64,000 nt of DNA from Thraustochytrium aureum (taxonomy: Eukaryota): NCBI GenBank assembly GCA_012862495.1, contig BLSG01000089.1, positions 69,560 to 133,559 of the forward strand, given 5' to 3'. The notes under the pieces were generated by a model that saw nothing but the letters and a program-made list of their open reading frames with translations, was not told the origin of the DNA and did no database searches. Positions 24,401-34,673 of the stretch are shown here, in pieces; position 1 is the first letter of the stretch, and each line of letters starts with the position of its first letter. Position numbers and translations under genes: made by a program.

Positions 24401-27400
24401 GATCAAAGAGCTGCACTTTGCGTCCTTCGCAGGCGACCCGGGGAATCGCCGCGAGATCGACTTGGAAGCGGTCCGCGGCGAGGCCTTCAGTCAGTTAGAA
24501 AACGCAATCACGACCACAGCGCGCGCCATCGTGCAGCGAGAGAGGGAGCTGAACGGCGAGCCCGACATGGCCGCCGCTGTGGCCTCGCGCGCCGCACTCG
24601 CCTCCACCAGAATGGCGAGCGCAGCTGAGCTTGCTCAGGCGCAAAATCGCATGAGCATTGAGCAAGAACAGCTTTGGAAGGAACGGCTAGAGGAGTCCGA
24701 GAGCAAATACGTAAAGCTCCAAGAGGAGCTCGAGACCCGCAAGCGGTTCTTGCGCAAGGTCCAGCAGGAGCGCGAGCGGTTTCGCGCCTCGGCCGAGGCC
24801 AAAAGCGAAGAGGCCGAAGCCCTTGCCAGCCAGCTTGCTGCCCTCAAAGCAGGCCAGACGGCTCGCCCAGGCAGCCCCGCAGGCCCCGACTCCGGCTCGA
24901 GCGAAGCGCGGGTCGCCGACCTCGAGGTACAGCTCAGTGACATCCGCTCCGAGTTTGACGCGCTGGAGGACGAACTTCGAGAGACCTTGCGCGCCTTGGC
25001 CAAGGCAGAAAAAGAGCGCACCCAGCTCAAAGACCTCGTCGACAAGCTGAACAAGCAACTCCTCGCAACGATGGAGACCGCCCGCAGCAACCTCTCCAAA
25101 CAGGCCGACGTTCGGCGAACAAAGCAGCAAACCGCCGCGGAAGCCGAAGAGCAGCACGCCCAAGACAGCGGAGCCGGCGCAGCCAGCGCAACCGGCACGA
25201 CCGACGCAGCCGCGCAGCGAAAACCGATTTCGCGCGCGCTGTCTCGCCAGACGATGGAGCGGCGCGACTCGGGGCGCGCGGCAACCATGTCCAAAGCCGC
25301 CGCACGGGTCGCTCAGAAGAAGGTAGCCGGCTCGCCAATGCGCCGACGCAGAAGCTTTACCTCGTCAACAAGCTCGCCGTCCAGCTCAAACCTCACGAGC
25401 AGCAAGCTTGATCTGCCAAACAACGTCGCGCAGAAAGGCGAGGCGCCCCGCCACCTTTCGCGACAAAACAGCTTGTCGTCCCTGTCGATAGCGAGCGTGG
25501 AAAGCGTCCTAACAACTGAGTTCTCTGGTGCGGAGCCCTTGCAAGACGAGCCAGGCCACAGGAGAAACACTGGCAGTGCAGAGGGAGCGGCAAACCCTCT
25601 GCCTGACCTGTCGCTCCTGCCCAAAAACATGCACGAGACCTTCAAGAAGGCCGCTAGCTTTGACGCTGTCCGAGCCGAGGAGTCAGACCCGGCATTTGNG
25701 CCGCTCGTCAAGCGCCTGTCGCGCCGCCGCGTATCCGGCCAAGGATCCAAGCCTATCACGACTACCAAAGAGGCGGAGACCGCAACCGAGGACGGCGTGT
25801 TCCTCAATACAGAGGCCTTTGACGAGCTCCGTGGCAAGGCTGCGCAGCTGCAAAGCGAGGTCGGCGTGCTCGCGCAGCGCGCTCTCGACCTCGAAGCACA
25901 GCTCGCCGAGGCCAACGAAGACGGCAACTTGGCCTGGGAGGCCGCCGAGCGCGTCGAGCAGGAAAAGCAGGAGGTCGAAGACAACCTCGACGCCGTCGAG
26001 GAAGAGTGCCGAGCGGCGAAAGAGGCTTTGGCAGAGGCCTTGGCTACGCAAAAGCGACTCTTGGCTCAGCTAGACTCTCAGTCGAGAGCAGAGTCGGTGC
26101 AAAGGTCGCGAACGGGTCGTGGCCGGCTTGCCTCCGCTGCGAGTGGCAGGTCCTTGCAAGAGATGCTGAAATCGCCAGGGTCCAGTCGCACGACTCCACC
26201 GTCTTCTTTTCGACGCAAGGGGGCCGAGGACGCAACGAGGACTGGGTCTTTGTGCTCCCCGCAGAGCGGGTCCGTGCGCGGCGAGCCGGAAAGCTGGCTT
26301 CTCACGCAAAAGACGCGCAAGGCAATACAAATCGATGACTGTACGGAGGGCAACTCCACCGAACCAGGTACGGAAGCGTGCGGCGCGACAGGTGACTGCG
26401 CAGCGCGAACGGCCCCAACGCGGCAATGGAGCATGGTGCTCGGCGCGCAGCGCGAAAAAACGAGTGTCTTGTCGAAGCTGCGCAAGTTCAAGGCTCGAGC
26501 CCACCAGAGCCAAGTGCGACGCCAACGGCAAAAGCTAGGCCAGGTCCACACGCTTGAGCGCACGATTCGATCCTTGCGGCACGAAGTGGCAGCGCTTCGG
26601 CTACGCGTTGCGCAGCTTGCCGATCAAAGCAGCGAGCCGGCGCAGGAGCGAGCTGTAAACGAACTCCTTCTTGGCTTGAGCCGAGACTTTTGCGCGCTGC
26701 CCAAGACCGCCGGCGAAGAGGCTCCCGACCGGGGCGACGTCGACTGCCAGGGCCCGTCGCAGCTATCGCCGTTGGCCCTGAGCCTCGAGCTGGCAACGGC
26801 AGTTTCGCACCTAGCCGGGACGGACGAGGCCCTTGAAAGTGCCCTCTGCGGCCTCGGGTCGGTCCGGGGCCTCGCCATGCAGCAGGCAGATATGCTCAAG
26901 CTCCACCTCACTTCGGACCAGTCCATGTCGTATGGGTCGATCAACCCGCGAAGGCTCCCAGAGCCGGTCTCCAACCCGAACCTCGCACGAGCTGCAAAGC
27001 TAGCTGATGAGCTTGGCCTCGCTCTTCGTATCCGCCGCGAGGTCATCAACCGACAAGCCTGCCTCAACTGGGAGCGGATGCTGCTCGGCATGCGGGCCGT
27101 TTTGCTCGAGGTCCGCTTCAACCGCGCGCAGGAAATTCCGGTCGAACCGCAGGCAGAGAGAGGCAAGGGCCGGTTTTGCGACGTCGTAGAGCGCGTCGTC
27201 GCGCGCGCGTGGGAAGCCGCAGATGTCAATTGCAAGGCGCGCGAGGTTCTCGTTCCGCAGCTCTGGACCATGCAGCGCGTCATTGCACATCGAGCCGCCG
27301 AGATTGCGGTGCAGAGCGGCATGTGCAAGCGCACGAGCGAACCAATGCTCAACACTGGCGCTATGCCGTGTGTGGCGGACTCGGCGCTCGAGGCTAGCCG

Positions 27401-27674
27401 CACAAGTGATGTTGTGCCGCTCCTGAGCAACGAAGAGCGCAGCGAGCAGCAACGCGCTCAGCAGCGCTTGCACGAGACCATTTTGGGCCGTCTTCGGTTT
27501 GAACAGCCACGGTCCTCTAGCAAGCCGCACCTAGCTCTTGCGATCGCAAACTTGGAGGCGAAAAGAGTCGAGGCCGACCCAAGGGGCCAATACACACCCT
27601 TGCGTACGGCCCGTGCGCCCTTTTCATTGCGGCCGCAGTCTGCGCGGCCGCAGTCTGCGCGGCCACACATTTGA
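24401..27674 (+). CDS. Large coiled-coil / low-complexity hypothetical protein, 5' end in gap
   Basis: About 1090 uninterrupted codons with E/Q/L/A heptad-rich segments. Confidence 0.7.
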
Positions 27675-27737
27675 TGTATTCCATTTGGTTGGGTTGTTAC
27701 TCTACGCGACGCTAAAGATGGAGGTGCGACCTCAAAA
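27670..27737. repeat. Dispersed repeat A, copy 2 (inverted)
   Basis: Reverse complement of 10031-10100 with few mismatches. Confidence 0.9.
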
Positions 27738-28259
27738 CCAAAAGGTGAAAGAAACNNNNNNNNNNNNNNNNNNNNNNNNNNNNNNNNNNNNNNNNNNNNN
27801 NNNNNNNNNNNNNNNNNNNNNNNNNNNNNNNNNNNNNNNNNNNNNNNNNNNNNNNNNNNNNNNNNNNNNNNNNNNNNNNNNNNNNNNNNNNNNNNNNNNN
27901 NNNNNNNNNNNNNNNNNNNNNNNNNNNNNNNNNNNNNNNNNNNNNNNNNNNNNNNNNNNNNNNNNNNNNNNNNNNNNNNNNNNNNNNNNNNNNNNNNNNN
28001 NNNNNNNNNNNNNNNNCCAATTACACTTTGCACAACGCTCGCCCGGGAAAGAATAGTGCCTGCGAGGCTGCCATCGTCAACCATCTACTTACATGAGATC
28101 GGGTACGAGGACGAGGTTGGCACCAGACTATACGGTGCGAAGCTTTTCGCGTCGCGTGTTGGGGACTGTGCGCAAGCTGGCGAGCTTGAGTTAAAAAAAG
28201 ATCAAATTTGGTCTTTGATGCATGGTTTTACTTGGTGATCCACGGAAAGACGCAAAGAC

Positions 28260-28445
28260 TAGGCAGCCTCCTTCGGCAGTCTGAATTGGGCCATCTCTGC
28301 GCGCGACGGAGGCCGAGCCACCAGATCAGTCCCGTAGGAACTGGACTGACGATGCAAAGTCTGAAGATGGTGAAGAGCCCGATGAATGATGGCCATCCGA
28401 GGTTGACGCAAAACGTCCGTGACAAACTTGTTGACGATCACCGCC
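28260..28445. repeat. Dispersed repeat B, copy 2 (inverted, degenerate)
   Basis: Collinear blocks shared with 13070-13270. Confidence 0.75.
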
Positions 28446-28660
28446 GATCGAAATAGATGCACCAAGCAAACTCTTGATGGAGGAGCTGGAGACGACGAGA
28501 CGAAGCTGACCACATGGGGTTCATCAACAAGTGGTCCGCATGGGGCCTCTGTCTGAGTCCTCTCCAGCGAGCCGCCTCCGTGGCGCAGCGAGACGACCCT
28601 GTTGGTGCTGCTTCGAGCTTGGAAATGCGCGCTCGGGGATCAGCAGGCGGCGCGGAGTGG

Positions 28661-30634
28661 TCAAATCTTGGACTTGAGCTCGGCAAAGCCAGCATTGCCA
28701 GCCCCAAACACGTCGTTCGGGTCCAGCACAGCCTTGACCCCACGCAACAAGGCCCGCTCTGGCTCAGTGGTCACCTGTCCGTAAAAGCTCTTGCGCAGCT
28801 TGCCGATTCCGTGATGGTGCGAAAGCGAGCCTCCACTAGCGAGAATTTCCTCGCGAGCAGCGTGTTCGATGCGGGAAAAAGTCGCCACTGGATCCAAGAG
28901 CCCATCTTTGACGATCCCAAAGTAAAAGTACATTGCAGCGGCGGTGTCGTACGTCTGCGTGACGCGACCGCCGACGAGGGGCTCAGCCTGCACGCCCTCT
29001 GCAGCCGCAACGCGCCGAATTCGGTCCCGCACACGCTCATACACCACGCCCACGTCTGTCCACCGCACCGAGGTCTCGAAAGACTCGGAGAGGAACCCAT
29101 AGTCGAGGCCAAAGTCGCGCAGGTAGGCTATCATAAACGTCAAGAAGTAGCCGCGGACGCCGCTTTCCGCGCCGCCGCGCAGGCCGCCGTACTTTTGGCA
29201 GATGCGCCGGACGGCGCCCTCCTGCGCGCGCACCTGCGCCATGTCGTTCCCCTCAAACAAGAGCACCATGGCGCAGAGCTTGTTTGGATCAAAACCGTGG
29301 TACTCGGTGACATAGTACTTTTTGGCACGGTCCTCGAGGTCGCGCCTCCAGCGGCCCCGCTTGGGCGCGGGCGGCTTGAGTGCCTGGCCCATCTTGAACT
29401 GCGTGTTATCCATGAGCCGCACGGAGGCCGGCGCAACTCGGTGAAGGGCGATCTCGCGCATCGCGCTGGCGCCGTGGCGAAAGTCCGCGAAAACGTACGA
29501 GTCGTACTTTTGCACGGCTGGCTTGAGGCGCAGGCGCACCACTGCTTCCGTGACAACACCAAGCGTGCCCTCCGACCCGATTGCTAGCGCAACGGGATCT
29601 GGGCCGATCGACACGCGCTCCACGGTGGTCCCGCGCGACAGCGTCCCCGCCGCGGCAGTGACCATGCGAACATCTAGTAGAATGTCCTCGATGTTGCCGT
29701 ACGCGTTCTTTTTCATGCCGGACGACTTTGTGGCGACCCATCCGCCAAGGGTGCTGAACTCGCTCGAGTCCGGGGCGTGGCCCAAAGTCAGGCCGAGGTT
29801 GTTGAGCTTGGTCTCAATGTCGCGTCCTAGCGCGCCGGCCTCGATACATGCGGACATGTTGTTGCGGTCAACCCACTTGATCGCGTTCATGCGCCGCATG
29901 TCAAGCGAGACGACCGGGCGCGGCGCTTCAGACCCGCCCGAAGTCGGGGGCTCTGGCGCGTTGAGCGCCATGGTGACAGACGTCCCGCCGCCAAAAGGGA
30001 TGACAATGACGCCATGGGCCTGCGCGGCGCGAACGACCGCCTCAACTGCACCGTGCGACTCTGGCAAGATGACGGCGTCCGGAATGCGCCACGGCACCGG
30101 GGACTGGTGACGAAGCGCGAAGACCTCTTGGCACGTGTGACCATGGCTGTGGCGGATGCGCGACACAACGTCGGTCTGGACCGACGGGGCGCCAGCCTCG
30201 TACGCCGCGATCTCTTGCAGGAACCCTGTCGGCAGGGCTGGTTCGGGATAGTCGCCTGTGTTGGGCTGCTCTTGCGGCACCTCGCGATCCTCGAGGTCGA
30301 GGCCCAGCGTCGTTTCGGCAAACTCGACAAAGTCAGGAAACGCGCGATCTTGGCCTTGGAAAAACTCGCCGTACCGCGGCCCGTGCAGGCGCATCATGCC
30401 GTCGTCACCCAGTGCGAACCGTGTGTCTGCAAAGCCCCACCCGTTCCAGTGCGTTCCGTCGCGACGGCCTTCGTCTGTGTCTTCCAGGTGCGGGTCGCCT
30501 GAGGCTTGATCACTCGCACTGGCCTTGCTCCCGAGCGGCTCAGTTGTGCCAGGCGAAAACGTTTTGCGAACCCAATCATCGAACCCCTCGTCTGCGTCGT
30601 CAGAGTCCGAGTCCGACTCGCCGCGTCCTGCCAT
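28661..30634 (-). CDS. AGPS: Alkyl-dihydroxyacetonephosphate synthase (FAD-linked, ether-lipid synthesis); start uncertain
   Basis: WNGWG, HSHGHT, RIPDAV, IPFGGGTSV, GHAPDSSEFSTLGGWVAT..SGMKKNAYGNIED, GSEGTLGV, GGSLSHHHGIGK; ends SKI*. Confidence 0.95.
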   Translation of the reverse strand: MAGRGESDSDSDDADEGFDDWVRKTFSPGTTEPLGSKASASDQASGDPHLEDTDEGRRDGTHWNGWGFADTRFALGDDGMMRLHGPRYGEFFQGQDRAFPDFVEFAETTLGLDLEDREVPQEQPNTGDYPEPALPTGFLQEIAAYEAGAPSVQTDVVSRIRHSHGHTCQEVFALRHQSPVPWRIPDAVILPESHGAVEAVVRAAQAHGVIVIPFGGGTSVTMALNAPEPPTSGGSEAPRPVVSLDMRRMNAIKWVDRNNMSACIEAGALGRDIETKLNNLGLTLGHAPDSSEFSTLGGWVATKSSGMKKNAYGNIEDILLDVRMVTAAAGTLSRGTTVERVSIGPDPVALAIGSEGTLGVVTEAVVRLRLKPAVQKYDSYVFADFRHGASAMREIALHRVAPASVRLMDNTQFKMGQALKPPAPKRGRWRRDLEDRAKKYYVTEYHGFDPNKLCAMVLLFEGNDMAQVRAQEGAVRRICQKYGGLRGGAESGVRGYFLTFMIAYLRDFGLDYGFLSESFETSVRWTDVGVVYERVRDRIRRVAAAEGVQAEPLVGGRVTQTYDTAAAMYFYFGIVKDGLLDPVATFSRIEHAAREEILASGGSLSHHHGIGKLRKSFYGQVTTEPERALLRGVKAVLDPNDVFGAGNAGFAELKSKI

Positions 30635-31996
30635 TTCTGACAGTTCCTTGCGCGTCAACGTCTTCTGCGAGTCTTCGGCTTCTTTCTGCGCGATAGTCAA
30701 CGTGGCCTGTGCTGCCGACTTTTCTCTTGATCAAGCGCTGTGACCGTCGACAGCGAATGTCTTTGCGCTGGCGCGCGAGCAGTAGGCTGACCGAGTCCAC
30801 GGCACACACACACAACACACAGTCGCTGGCGCTGGCGCAGGCCAGGCCGACCTCCTGGGCTCCCGCCGCCGCTCTGGATAGCGTCGAGGAGAGATAGCAG
30901 CTCGGCGTTGTTCGCGGCCTTGCGCCTCGCCGCCCCGCTCGACTTCGGCCAGAGCCGCCCGAGCGACCAAGCAGCCAGCCGCGGCCGCAGTGCGCTGGCA
31001 GACGCGCGCGCCGCCGCCAGCGCCCTGGCAGCACCACGGCGGAGCGAGAGCGGAGAGATTGGCCGGATCAACCAATNNNNNNNNNNNNNNNNNNNNNNNN
31101 NNNNNNNNNNNNNNNNNNNNNNNNNNNNNNNNNNNNNNNNNNNNNNNNNNNNNNNNNNNNNNNNNNNNNNNNNNNNNNNNNNNNNNNNNNNNNNNNNNNN
31201 NNNNNNNNNNNNNNNNNNNNNNNNNNNNNNNNNNNNNNNNNNNNNNNNNNNNNNNNNNNNNNNNNNNNNNNNNNNNNNNNNNNNNNNNNNNNNNNNNNNN
31301 NNNNNNNNNNNNNNNNNNNNNNNNNNNNNNNNNNNNNNNNNNNNNNNNNNNNNNNNNNNNNNNNNNNNNNNNNNNNNNNNNNNNNNNNNNNNNNNNNNNN
31401 NNNNNNNNNNNNNNNNNNNNNNNNNNNNNNNNNNNNNNNNNNNNNNNNNNNNNNNNNNNNNNNNNNNNNNNNNNNNNNNNNNNNNNNNNNNNNNNNNNNN
31501 NNNNNNNNNNNNNNNNNNNNNNNNNNNNNNNNNNNNNNNNNNNNNNNNNNNNNNNNNNNNNNNNNNNNNNNNNNNNNNNNNNNNNNNNNNNNNNNNNNNN
31601 NNNNNNNNNNNNNNNNNNNNNNNNNNNNNNNNNNNNNNNNNNNNNNNNNNNNNNNNNNNNNNNNNNNNNNNNNNNNNNNNNNNNNNNNNNNNNNNNNNNN
31701 NNNNNNNNNNNNNNNNNNNNNNNNNNNNNNNNNNNNNNNNNNNNNNNNNNNNNNNNNNNNNNNNNNNNNNNNNNNNNNNNNNNNNNNNNNNNNNNNNNNN
31801 NNNNNNNNNNNNNNNNNNNNNNNNNNNNNNNNNNNNNNNNNNNNNNNNNNNNAAACCAGAAAAAAAATATTTTAAAAATACAAGCCATGTCTCGGCAGCC
31901 CGGGGCAGCCCGGACCGGACGGTAGTCGCTACGATCGGCCTTGACTTTTCCGCCATAAAGTCGTCACGAGCGGGTGCGCGTTGGTCAGCAAGGCCA

Positions 31997-33127
31997 TCAC
32001 AGGCTGCCTCGCTTTGCGACCAGCTGGTAGTATGCCAGCTGCACCGCCGACTTGACCGACAAGCCAAGCCCGTTGCGCGACTTGTTCCAGAGGCCATCCG
32101 GCACCGAATCTCGAACCAGCATGGAGTGGATTTCCAAGCCAGGGAGCGGGACCGCTTGCCGTTGCCCAGATGCGACGTCGTGCAATACGACCCACCCGGT
32201 GTCCCGCACAAGCTCCTCGCTCACCCTGTGCTTGCCGATTTGAACCGCCAATACCAAGTCAAAGCCGCCGCGAGCAATGGCCGCGTCGCACACCTCGTTC
32301 GCCGCGGTGAGCAGCCGCATGTCTTCGGGGTCGCACTCCGTCGCAGCAGACGAGGTCGAGGACGACGCAGAGGACGAGGTCGATGACGACGGGCCCGGCC
32401 CACTTGCAACGTGCATGATCTCTGCGCTGGGCGCGAAGCCGCCCTCTTCCACGCACTGTGCGACCGCCTCGCTTGCCGCTGCAGTCGCCGCCTCCGAGCA
32501 AGCTGCGACGGCGATGCGAGCGGGCCCGCAGGCAACTGCGCAGAGCAGCGACGGGTACCCTCCACGCACAACCCTCTCGCCGCTTTGCTGGAGCTCGTCT
32601 AGAAGCGGCAAAAGCCCAGACGCGCGCAGGACATAGCGGATGGGCTCGCACTCTGTCTCCTCACAGCTAAGCGACGTCCACCTGCCGAGCGTTTTGCCCC
32701 CCTCGCTGAGCCTGCAGTCGTCCAGCATCATCCCATTAGCATGCGTGCGCACCTTATGCACTTCAATGTGTCGCCCGAAACGCACGCGCGGGGCGCCCGC
32801 GCGCGAGAGCCCAGCCGACTCCATCATTGACGCCACCGCGTCAGGGCTGCACTCGACACGGGCCCACTTGTCCCACCACTCGAGCCCAACAAACCCAGGC
32901 CCGCAGGCTTGGCCAGTGCGTAGCTTGAGCTCCACAAGGCGCTCTTCGCCGCGCAGCTTGAGCCCGACGCCAGGCTCGACGTTGATGTACGTGTCGGTGC
33001 GCCCGCCGGCAACAGCCGCCCTTGCCGCATCCTTCAAGAGACCGAGTTGCTCGAGTCTCTTGCGCAAGCCGTGCCCGTGCTCGCTCTCCAGCGCGCTCGA
33101 GCGAAAGAAGACGCGCCACTCCCACAT
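31997..33127 (-). CDS. Two-domain hypothetical protein: CYTH-like N-terminal domain plus divergent alpha/beta C-terminal domain
   Basis: MWEWRVFF...RTDTY...GLKLRG...VELKLR...LEWWDKW...EVHKVR follows the CYTH/triphosphate-tunnel pattern. Confidence 0.6.
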   Translation of the reverse strand: MWEWRVFFRSSALESEHGHGLRKRLEQLGLLKDAARAAVAGGRTDTYINVEPGVGLKLRGEERLVELKLRTGQACGPGFVGLEWWDKWARVECSPDAVASMMESAGLSRAGAPRVRFGRHIEVHKVRTHANGMMLDDCRLSEGGKTLGRWTSLSCEETECEPIRYVLRASGLLPLLDELQQSGERVVRGGYPSLLCAVACGPARIAVAACSEAATAAASEAVAQCVEEGGFAPSAEIMHVASGPGPSSSTSSSASSSTSSAATECDPEDMRLLTAANEVCDAAIARGGFDLVLAVQIGKHRVSEELVRDTGWVVLHDVASGQRQAVPLPGLEIHSMLVRDSVPDGLWNKSRNGLGLSVKSAVQLAYYQLVAKRGSL

Positions 33128-34069
33128 TCCGAACGACGCGGCGTGGAAGCAAGCCCCTGTTGGCCCAAGCCACAACCGACGCGTTCCCTTCCGCTTTGCC
33201 TCAAACCCTCCAAGAAGCTGCAAACTGACGCGGGATACCTACGTTCCTCGGGCACCGCATCCAACTCTTTCGAGCCCTGTGCGTAGCGCGGGGGCGCCTG
33301 CTCGCCAGCCGAGAGGGCCTGGCCTGGACACCTTGAGGATATCGAGGTGTCTTGAAGGAGCCCGAGCCCAGAAAGTCTGGATCCCGACGCGGCCCGTGCG
33401 CTTAGCGGCAGCGGCAGGTCTGTACGCTCACCCGGACTGTGCCGTCGCGCGCCCCAGCCGCGATTCTCGTCTGGCTCGGGAGAGGATGCTGCGCCGGGAT
33501 TGCGGCTCTACGCGAGAGTTGCGGCTCCGGCTCGCGCGCTCTCTCGAGACAGGAGGGCAACGAGGTCGCGGCCAGAGAGCACGGAGCGCACCGCGCGCGG
33601 GGAAGCCTGGGCGAAACCTACAGCGTTATCTTGACGCTCCTGGCCGTAGCGGACGGCAGGTCTGGCAGTTGCTTGGATGGATTCTTGCCTTGCCTTGCCT
33701 TGCGCCGCTCGAGCCTTGCGTCTTTGAAAGCGCCCGCCCTCGAGAGCGCTCTGCGGGCTTGAAACCTCGCGGGCGAGCCCGCTCGGCCCCCAGTCAGGCT
33801 GCACGGCAAGCCAGAAGCCACGCGGGCATCGACGGCAAGAGGTCCATTCGCCCATCGCTTCGTCCTGGCCCCATCTCGCCCAGACGCACCTCGCCCAGCC
33901 CCGTTCGCCGCGCCCACACGAGCGCGACCCGACAGCGCCGCACGCCCACCTGCGCCGGGCCGGGCCGCGCGGCTTGCTCGCTTTCAACCATCATCCACAA
34001 GCCATTGAGCGAGACGTGATCCCGCCAGCCGTCCGTCCAGCCAGTAGATCCCGGTGGCCGAACGCGGCG

Positions 34070-34070
<1 letters not shown>

Positions 34071-34112
<42 letters not shown>
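34071..34112. repeat. (GATT)n microsatellite
   Basis: Directly visible. Confidence 0.95.
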
Positions 34113-34673
34113 CAGCGCGCGTTGCCGCGGCCGGCCAGGTGGCCCGGGAGCTCTTCGGGCCGCCGCGGGGCTGGGCGATCATCGTCCGGCATCGGCAGGG
34201 GGATCGCCATCGTCGGCATTCGGACGGCTTGGCAGCCCGCCGCTCTCGCCGTCGCGCCTGGCGGCGCTGCGCACGTCGCCGGCGTGGGTTGCCNNNNNNN
34301 NNNNNNNNNNNNNNNNNNNNNNNNNNNNNNNNNNNNNNNNNNNNNNNNNNNNNNNNNNNNNNNNNNNNNNNNNNNNNNNNNNNNNNNNNNNNNNNNNNNN
34401 NNNNNNNNNNNNNNNNNNNNNNNNNNNNNNNNNNNNNNNNNNNNNNNNNNNNNNNNNNNNNNNNNNNNNNNNNNNNNNNNNNNNNNNNNNNNNNNNNNNN
34501 NNNNNNNNNNNNNNNNNNNNNNNNNNNNNNNNNNNNNNNNNNNNNNNNNNNNNNNNNNNNNNNNNNNNNNNNNNNNNNNNNNNNNNNNNNNNNNNNNNNN
34601 NNNNNNNNNNNNNNNNNNNNNNNNNNNNNNNNNNNNNNNNNNNNNNNNNNNNNNNNNNNNNNNNNNNNNNNNC

